A stretch of DNA of 32,000 nucleotides from Zygophlyctis sp. KS116 (Eukaryota; Fungi; Chytridiomycota), in assembly GCA_054661495.1 (NCBI GenBank), contig BAAFSQ010000101.1:1023-33022 (forward strand). Direction: 5' to 3'. The translations under genes and the position numbers were made by a program. Positions 23,801 to 32,000 of the stretch are shown here, one piece after another. The notes beneath the pieces were generated by a model. That model had not been told where the DNA came from. It saw only the letters and a list, made by a program, of their open reading frames with translations, and ran no database searches. Position 1 is the stretch's first letter. Each line of letters begins with the position of its first letter.

Positions 23801-24789
23801 GCATTTTTAGTTGAATACTTTGCATCAAAAGCAGAATTAAAATTCTGTATAAAGAATTTCGACACAAACTGCGATAAAATTTTAAAATATTCACTATTCT
23901 CCTGCATTTTTAAAACCTGTGCATATTTAATTAAAATGTTTCCAATTAATTGTAGATAAGAAGGGATCAGAGTAATATCATTATAAAATGGTCTTATATC
24001 CATTGCATTTCTCGCAATAGAATCAATCATTTCTATAGAATCTATAGAGTCAATCTCTTTTGTAATCCCTTGAACCGAAATTTTTTCAATAATTTCCTCC
24101 AAAGTTTCAAAAACCATTTTCCCAGTAATCATTGACCCAACATGTTTCTTTGGAATTTTAATAAGTTGTTGAATTAAACCATCAATTTTTGTTTTTGAAA
24201 CCGAGAAATTCTTTGAAAAGAGACTTTTTAAAAATTGTAGTATTAAATGCAATTTATCTAAAGCTTCTACTTGTTTTAGCTGCTGTATAGAAAAATCTAC
24301 AGTTAATTCTGATTCTTTTTCTATAAGTTCCATGATTGCTACGACTGCTCTTTTCCTTACTTTAGGTCTTGGATCAGTCACTAATCCTAATAAAACCTTA
24401 AAAACAGACTTTGAATGTAAATCCTTGATTGGAATTAGGGCTAATAGAGTCTGAAGACCACCGATAATAGATCTAGCCATTGAAGAAGAAGAATCCTTTA
24501 AAAATTCCAAGAGTAATTGAGAAATTGAATTAAACTTTACAATACAAATATTGTGAGGAACCCAAGGCAAAACCTTATCCAATATATAAAGAGTAATTTC
24601 AGCATTCTCATCCCCATTCTGAAGTAAATTCATCAAAATCGCAAAATAAGCAACTGGATTTTCCAATTTTTCTTCATTTTTTTGAATTAAAACTTGAATT
24701 TCTTTTAGTAAAATAGCAATTTTGAATTGATTGTCTAAATTAGAAGATGATAGATCAAGTAATTTCTGAATTTCTTTTGTGAAATTCAT
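20841..24789 (-). CDS. RRP12: Ribosome biogenesis HEAT-repeat protein Rrp12
   Basis: DPRPKVRKRA, QKKAYK, EVMLATKEASEKARHAAY, KIRHILERLIRKFG and YASKKAGGDVKRKGMADPHAYIPL. ATG at 24789. Introns 21785-813 and 21525-50. Confidence 0.93.
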
Positions 24790-24885
24790 TCTTGCAAGAA
24801 AAATTTGTTGCGGTACAAAAAAATTTTCTGTACTTTTTGACACAGCCCTACTTTTTAACCTAGATATAAAAAATCCAAAAAATCA

Positions 24886-25464
24886 ATGATTCGATCTGCA
24901 ACCAAAATGAGTAAAAAAACAACCGCCAATCAAATACCTCCAGCCTACAGCCTAGATCGCATCAGTACAGGCTTAAAAATCCTTAAATCTCCTCCAATCA
25001 CTGCAACCCCAAATAATTTAGTTGCAAATTTAGAATTCTCTGGTTTTATTCCTGATCATTTGGATTTTATTGCATCTTTAGCAAAAATAATGACTGAAAA
25101 ATCTAGTATTACAACTACTCCAGTCATTTCTAAACCTAGCCACATTAAAAGAATTAATACTCTGGTGTCTCCCTTTGTACATGCAAAGACTAAAAATGTT
25201 TTTGAACAAAAAACGTATTTTAGGGTTTTACAAGTCTATGATACCCATACAGATAATGTACAAGAAATTGTAAAGGCTCTCATCAATATTATGCCTCCAG
25301 GAATCAATTTAAAAGTAGAAAATTTTAATCATGTAACAATGGATAAACTTTTACAAGAAACACCTAGAGAAAATCAAGTGGATTTGAAAGATTCTTTTGA
25401 AGATCAAGTTCAAAAAAGAATGGAAGAGTTTATAAAGGAATTTTCAAAATCAAAATCAGGATAA
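24886..25464 (+). CDS. RSM10: Mitochondrial ribosomal protein uS10m
   Basis: S10 core HLDFIASLAK...SPFVHAKTKNVFEQKTYFRVLQVYD...MPPGINLKV, with a basic N-terminus. Confidence 0.8.
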   Translation: MIRSATKMSKKTTANQIPPAYSLDRISTGLKILKSPPITATPNNLVANLEFSGFIPDHLDFIASLAKIMTEKSSITTTPVISKPSHIKRINTLVSPFVHAKTKNVFEQKTYFRVLQVYDTHTDNVQEIVKALINIMPPGINLKVENFNHVTMDKLLQETPRENQVDLKDSFEDQVQKRMEEFIKEFSKSKSG

Positions 25465-25544
25465 TATTTGGATAATAAAATCTTTATCTCTTGCAGCACC
25501 TCAAACCTGAGACTTCAATTTTTCTCTTTTTGCAGTTGCGAAAA

Positions 25545-26711
25545 ATGAATTTCTTTCTGCTTCTACTGTTTTGCATCATGGTCAGTTCACAATCACTTGT
25601 CTCTAATCAGTCATCTACAATTTGTCCGAATGATTGCTCACAAATCGGGCTCTGTAATTCTGATGGATCTTGCACATGTCCAAATATTGATCCATCAACT
25701 GGAATCTATTGGTATGTTCCACCGACAAAGGATTGTTCGGCTTATGGTATAAAGGCTTATGGTGTAGAGATGTTGACTTTTCAGATCTCTTGGGGGATTT
25801 TGTATCTATTTGGTTTCTTTTTTATGGTTTTAATCAATCTTTCATTGTACATTGAAAATGGATATCACTTTCAGGCAAATGTCAAATCTTATTGTTTTAT
25901 ATTGATCAATTTGGCTTTTATGGTGCGAGCGCTCTATTATATGATTGATCCTTACTCTCTAAAAATGATTGTACATCCAATTCCAAACAGAATTTTGTCA
26001 AATATTTTTGTTCCGCTTACATTATTGGCTTATTGTGGATTACTCTTTGAATGGATTGAAATTTGTAGTCCAGATTCAAAGTATATTCAAGATAGGTATG
26101 TAAGTACTACGAAAATTGCTGGTGGGATATTTGCACTTATACTATTAACTATGGAAGTCATTAGTAGTTATTTGCAGTCAAATAATAGTGAATTTATTGT
26201 GTATTGGAGTATATATTATATATTTGTAGGAGTGGTTATTGTAAGTTTTTTTTAGAAATTTAACTTTAGGCAATAACTATTCCATTATATATCTATTATG
26301 GGAATCATTTTAGAGTACATTTGGCATCACTACCAAATCAAGATGAATCAATTCAAAATTTAAAACAACGAGTAAGGTTTAAATTTACTAAATATTTAGA
26401 TTTTTTTTCTAAGTTATGCTCCAGGATTAAGTCTTTTACTCACATTTATAATATGTGGGCTAGATATTTTGTTTATGAGAAAAAATCAAGATATGTTTTT
26501 GATTGGAGAAGCAATTGTTTGTTTTATGGAAATGATAACTCTGGGCATTTTCCTATTTGCTCTATTTACCAGGAAAGATGTTGGTCTAAATGATCATTCT
26601 GATCTCTTTCAAAAATCTGATGATTCAGAAATACCAATTAAGATTAATTCAGATGATTTGGAAGTGATTTCTTTTATCTCTTTGCCGGAAAATGCTGTCA
26701 TTGCTGATTAA
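25545..26711 (+). CDS. Signal peptide + EGF-like domain + about 7 transmembrane helices; receptor-like membrane protein
   Basis: MNFFLLLLFCIMVSSQS signal peptide, CPNDCSQIGLCNSDGSCTC...DCS, then about seven hydrophobic segments including VRALYYMIDPY. Introns 26241-69 and 26372-99. Confidence 0.75.
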
Positions 26712-27687
26712 TTATATGACATAGATTCCTCTTTCTAATAGTCTAAACTTTGCATCCATTGTAATTTCACTGCAATAAGACAGATTTACAATCTTTAAGC
26801 TTGGTAATTGTAATATATGATCAATAATTTGATTGCTTAACTGATAACAAAAGCTCATATTTAACTCTTTTAGATTACATCCAATTAATTTAGTTGGGTC
26901 AGTTGTGAGTATGTTATTTGTTAGTTTCCAACAGTAAGAAACAGTGAGAGTTTCCAAATTTGTATTTCCATTTAATAACGATTTAATCCCAGTATCTGTT
27001 ATTAAAAAGGCGCCGGTAATATCAATATATTTCAGATCAGACAGATAATGAGAGACTGCACGTAATCCTACATCTGTGAGGCCTCTTGATCCTGCACAGA
27101 TCAGCTTTTGAATTTTCGGACATCCTTGCACCAATTTCTGAATCCCAAAATCCGAGAATCTCGATTGCACTGCATAAACACTTAAATCGATATGTAAAAG
27201 ATTGGGTGATGAATCTGCTACTAGAGTCAGGATTGAATCATCCACAAGAATATTCGATAAGATTAGTGTTTCAATGTCTGGACACGATTTTGTAGAGAAG
27301 AGAAATTCCAAGCCTTTTTTACCAACATTGGATTTAGTAAGATCAAGAAAGACCAGCTTGGGAGTGAATCTAACCAATCTAGCTAAATGAACATCATTAA
27401 AGTAATTTTCAGTTCCATTTACTGATAAGATTTTAACATGCATGCCTATCCATGGGATGAGTGTACCTACAATATAGTTGATGATATTGATATCTCCCTC
27501 TAATTGTGAAGATGATGATTTGGGTAGATCCAACTCATTCCAAAAGACTTGCCTTGTAATCTTTAAGAACATATTTTTTGACACAAGGCTTAGTCTGATC
27601 TTTTCGGACAAGGAAAGCAGAGATATAAGTGGGGAAAATACCTAATTATTACAAGCCATTGAATACCTCTGGTGGGAGCTTGTCCAT
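26712..27687 (-). CDS. F-box / cysteine-containing LRR protein (FBXL type)
   Basis: MDKLPPE|VFSPLISLLSLSEKIRLSLVSK F-box after the 25-nt intron at 27642-66. LRR repeats such as LETLTVSYCWKLTN and LKELNMSFCYQLSN. Confidence 0.88.
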
Positions 27688-27884
27688 TGTATTTGAAAGT
27701 TTGTTTATTTACGCTTTAATCCAATTGCAAACTATGATCCGTCTGTCTGAATGCGGATTCAAATTCAAATGCTATAATACTCATGTATTTATCTGATTTG
27801 CAATATATTTGAATGCTGATTTTGAATGATAAGATGATTGCCATTGTCATAAGAGGAAAAATCACCGCCGGTTAAAACTGAACA

Positions 27885-29245
27885 ATGGAAATCGATCAGG
27901 AAGTGGAGCAGGGAGTCAGTATAATCAAAAGACTCTATATTACTCTCACCAATACATATGCTCTGGGATTTATTGCTTTTGGAGGACCAACCGTTCATGT
28001 TGCGTTGTTTCACAATCATTTTGTCCAAAATCTAAAGTGGATTTCACCGGAAACATTTGTAGAATTGTTTGCGATTGCACAGTCTTTACCAGGCCCAGCA
28101 TCAACACAATTACTATATTCTATTGTTTTAATAACTCAAGGATGGGCTTCTGCGATATTATGTTTCTTGTTGTGGTCGCTTCCAGGACTGATTTTAATGA
28201 TTGGACTGGGGATTGGAGTATCATCCTTGATTTCTATTCCGGTTTGGGTATATACAATAGAAAATGGACTAACATCTGCTGCAGTAGGACTTATAGCTTT
28301 AGCAGCATTTAATCTTTCTAGAAAAGTAAATGATGGAGTAATTGATAACCTGTTAACGGTTTTTGCTATTATTATTGTTTTGAATTTTTCTAAAGAACCT
28401 TGGTTACTACCAGCCATAATGGCATTTGGCGCCATATTTAGATTATGCCATGAATGGCTTTATAGAAAAGAGCAAGTTAGATTACCAGGCTCTTTTGATT
28501 CTGAAAATGAATCATTGATTACAATTCAAGAAAATGATGATGTCAAAATTGATATTTCTACAAGAAATGGTTTAATTATTATTGGAGTTTGGGCAACAAT
28601 TTTGATGTCTCTACTAAGTATCAATACTAGTTTAAAATATCTGAATCTGGTAAAAGTATTCTTTATCATAGGGTCTGTAATCTTTGGGGGAGGTCCTGTT
28701 GTTATACCATTATTACAATCATTTGTTGTGACTGATCAAGGATGGTGTACAGATGCTGAATTTTTAATTGGCCTAGCAATCATACAAGCTTTACCTGGAC
28801 CAATGTTTAACATTGCGGCGTTTTGTGGAACTCTAGCATGTAGAGACATGGGTATCGGAGGTTCAATAATCGGAGGAATATTAGGATATTTGGGAATTTT
28901 TGTTCCAGGACTACTAATAAAATCTGGGATTATACCACGTAATTTTCAAAGGAAATCAAAGATTTACCTTTTTTTAATTTAACCTAACAAATAGTATGGA
29001 AAGCTATCAGAGGCTACTCATCAGTCAAGATTGCTTTTAAAGGGATTAATTCATGTGCAGTTGGATTAGTGTATAGTGCCACATATCTTTTATTGATAAA
29101 TTCTATACAAGGTCATCAGTCTTCAAATTTAACAATGCATCCATGGTTTTCCTCAATAGCAGTCATATCTTTTGCGCTGGGACATTTTCTTAAAGTTTCT
29201 GCCCCATGGATTATTGTAATTGGTGGAGGTATTGCTTCGATTTAG
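27885..29245 (+). CDS. Chromate ion transporter (long-chain CHR family)
   Basis: LGFIAFGGPTVH, FAIAQSLPGPASTQ, IFGGGPVVIPLL and AIIQALPGPMFN. The 56-nt intron at 28939-28994 leads to GINSCAVGLV...APWIIVIGGG. TAG at 29243-45. Confidence 0.92.
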
Positions 29246-29276
29246 ATAAATTGCGCGTTTACTGCCATTTTTTTTC

Positions 29277-30376
29277 ATGAATTTCCTTCGAATTTCAAGA
29301 CTTTCCCAGCGTAAGACTACTACAGTTTCTAAAAATCAGGAAGAATCGCCACCGGTGCCGGTGTTTTCCCGCAATATGATAAAACGATTTCAAATATGCT
29401 GATATCTAAAAAAACTAGAGTAATTTGTCAGGGACTTACAGGAAAACAAGGAACTTTTCATTCACAGCAAGCGATAGATTATGGAACACATCTAGTTGGT
29501 GGTGTATCACCTTCTAAAGCAGGATCTACTCATTTGGGAGTTCCTGTGTTTAAATCTGTCTCTGCGGCAATGGATGCGATTAAACCGGATGCTACGGTTA
29601 TTTATGTCCCTCCGCCTGGAGCTGCAGCAGCTATTCTAGAAGCGATCGAGGCAGAGATTCCATTGGCTGTTTGTATAACTGAAGGAATTCCTCAGCATGA
29701 TATGGTCAAAGTATAATAATGTTTTTATGATTTTTAGGTGATGAAAGTGTTACATTCACAAAGTAAAACAAGACTAATTGGTCCAAATTGTCCAGGAATT
29801 ATTAAGCCTGATCAATGCAAGATGGGTATTATGCCTGGACATATTCATAAACCTGGAAAAATTGGAATTGTTTCGCGATCAGGAACTTTAACATATGAGG
29901 CAGTCGCTCAAACTACTGCTGTTGGTCTTGGTCAATCTCTATGTGTTGGTATTGGTGGTGATCCATTCAATGGAACTAATTTTATTGACTGTTTGACAGT
30001 GTTTTTAAATGATCCAAACACTGAAGGTACTTTTAAATCCAGGTTAAAAACGTGTAGGGATAATTCTAATCGGAGAAATTGGTGGTTCTGCTGAAGAAGA
30101 AGCTGCTGAATATCTTATTGAACATAATCTTTCTCTGGATAAGCCAAAACCAGTTGTCTCATTTATTGCTGGTAGAACTGCACCACCCGGTAGACGTATG
30201 GGTCACGCAGGAGCAATTATTGCAGGCGGAAAAGGTAAAGCTGAAGACAAGGTAGCTGCATTAGAAAAGGCAGGAGTTATTGTCTCGCAGTCACCCGCAA
30301 GACTAGGAGAACTAATGAAAAAGGTAAGTCGCAATTTTTAAAACTTTAGGCAATGATAGACTTGGGTTTAGTTTAA
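29277..30376 (+). CDS. LSC1: Succinyl-CoA ligase alpha subunit, mitochondrial
   Basis: Presequence [11 protein letters not shown]|[38 protein letters not shown] and [12 protein letters not shown]. Introns 29311-39, 29711-37, 30027-57 and 30324-49. Confidence 0.96.
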
Positions 30377-30379
30377 TAC

Positions 30380-31341
30380 TTAAAGTAAAATTGAATCATT
30401 GAAACTATCTTTTGTAGGAAGAGTGCAAGGTCCAAGTACATTTATAACATCAGCAAAATAAGGATGAGCCAAAGCATCCTTTGCGCTAATTCTTAAATGA
30501 GGTTGATACTGAAGTAATCTGGAAATCAAATCCAAAGCTACCGCATTCATTGTAGGTAACTTTGACTGAATTGGAGCAGCAGGATAAACCGGAAAACTCC
30601 TTTTATATTCTGAGAGTTCAGATATTTTTGGCCAAGTATCTTCATTTGGCGTTCCAAAAAGTTTAAAAATTCTGAGTAATTGATCTTCATTTGTTTTACC
30701 AGGAAACAGTGGTTTTCCATTATACATTTCTGCCATTATACATCCCACTGACCACATATCAATCGATGTGGAATAGTTTCTTGAACCTAATAGTACATCT
30801 GGAGCCCGATACCAAAGCGTCACAACTTCATTAGAAAAAGTATTAACTGGTATTCCAAAAGCCCTCGCTAAACCAAAATCTCCTAATTTAAGTTCCATTG
30901 ATGCATTCAACAACTAATAATCATCAAAAATAATAAAAATACCAGATTTTGTGGCTTTAAATCTCTATGCAAGACTCTATTATCATGACAGAAAGCAACA
31001 CCTTTTAATAAATGCCATAGAAACCTTTTTGCAGTTTTATCATCAATTACTCTTCCTGATCCTAGTGAATCCATATATTTTTTCAAATCAAGTTCCATAA
31101 ATTCGAATACAAGAGTTAAAGTTTTTTCGGTATGTATAACATCAAATAACCGAACAATATTATCATGTTTTAGCTCCTTCATGAGGGATATTTCACGAAT
31201 AGCAGTTGACGGGGCTCCTTCTTCGCTGTCTAAATTTATTTCCTTTAGCGCAACAATTTCTCCAGTGTTGCGATCTGTCCCCTTGTAAACATTTGCATAA
31301 GTTCCCTCACCCAACTTTTCTAATTTCATATAACGATCCAT
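30380..31341 (-). CDS. PHO85: PSTAIRE cyclin-dependent kinase Pho85
   Basis: [39 protein letters not shown] and [25 protein letters not shown]. Intron 30914-42. There is also an in-frame upstream ATG at 31362. Confidence 0.95.
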
Positions 31342-31358
31342 TACTTTATTAAAAAAAT

Positions 31359-31644
31359 TCATAAAATTTTCCCTCTTTTAACAGCTGCCAACCAAGAATT
31401 AATATCTTTAATTGTATTGGATTTGGCAGTACTTGATCCCTAATTGATCAATATAAATATCTTTTACTTTTTTCATCATGCATTCTACAAGTGATCTTGA
31501 GGTTTCAATACAACCTGATGCATCTATTCCCATTGCTCTCCAGCAGTTAAATAAAGTACTAAGTTCCATTGCACATGGGGTTGCAGGTACAACTCGCTTC
31601 GGCCTGATAATGATTGGCTTTCCTATTCTATCTAGCGGTCGCAT
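31359..31644 (-). CDS. MRP10: Twin CX9C protein, mitochondrial ribosomal mS37 (Mrp10/CHCHD1)-like
   Basis: [13 protein letters not shown]...[13 protein letters not shown] (two CX9C motifs). Intron 31440-67, then ...[20 protein letters not shown] at 31359-61. Confidence 0.78.
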
Positions 31645-31838
31645 TTTTTTCTAGCGGTCCAACGCAAAGTTTCGCGCATTTGTTGATTGTGAATGTGATT
31701 CGATTTAGATTTATACATGAAATTTAGAATTAAAAATAGCTTTTATTGAGTCTTTTCTTGCTTGACAGTAATTTCAATATTCAAGTACGATCTATCAATC
31801 CCAAGAGAATCAAGTTTATTTTTCCTGTAAAATCATTC

Positions 31839-32000
31839 ATGAAAATCATGATTCCTCTGCTAATAATCATGATTGGTCATGGGGCATATGGCAACATAGA
31901 TCAGTCAATCAAAGGAGTAATCACCAATCCGACTAAAGCTTATAATGCTCTTGCACTTGTAAAGCCTCGTCTTGCTGATTTACCATTGCATCTTTTACAA
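31839..32000 (+). CDS. 5' part of a putative secreted protein (runs off the window)
   Basis: 54 open codons, MKIMIPLLIIMIGHGAYGNIDQSIKG..., with a signal-peptide-like start. No recognisable family. Confidence 0.45.
   Translation, partial: MKIMIPLLIIMIGHGAYGNIDQSIKGVITNPTKAYNALALVKPRLADLPLHLLQ

Noticed and set aside
27730-27882. C/D snoRNA-like boxes in the F-box/CHR spacer
   Set aside because: The boxes are degenerate, the spacing is short, and there is no terminal stem or guide.
27885-29245. Chromate transporter as a recent bacterial transfer
   Set aside because: Long-chain CHR proteins are known in fungi, and this gene has an intron and a composition like its neighbours.

Overview
AT-rich, extremely gene-dense eukaryotic genomic DNA with about 26 protein-coding genes in 32 kb and the standard genetic code. 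Fungal-type MOB2, PHO85 and an Spd1-like RNR inhibitor occur together with a radial-spoke RSPH1-like gene and katanin p60, which points to a flagellated early-diverging (chytrid-like) fungus; this is inference, not a database result. The ORF track is fragmented because the genes carry tiny spliceosomal introns. By eye I placed about 59 introns, about 57 of them 23-33 nt, and the two clearly longer ones (88 and 56 nt) each contain an internal hairpin. Genes are separated by 0-50 nt or overlap. Highlights: an unannotated spliced 65-aa Spd1/Dif1-family gene, an RGS-RhoGEF with a candidate GT-TG intron, a twin-HMG-box orphan gene with two -1 frame breaks, HEN1, a GIGYF with a 4EHP-binding motif, peroxisomal Lon and an EGF-7TM receptor-like protein. 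I found no rRNA, tRNA, CRISPR array or intact transposon. All splice models are manual and have no transcript evidence.
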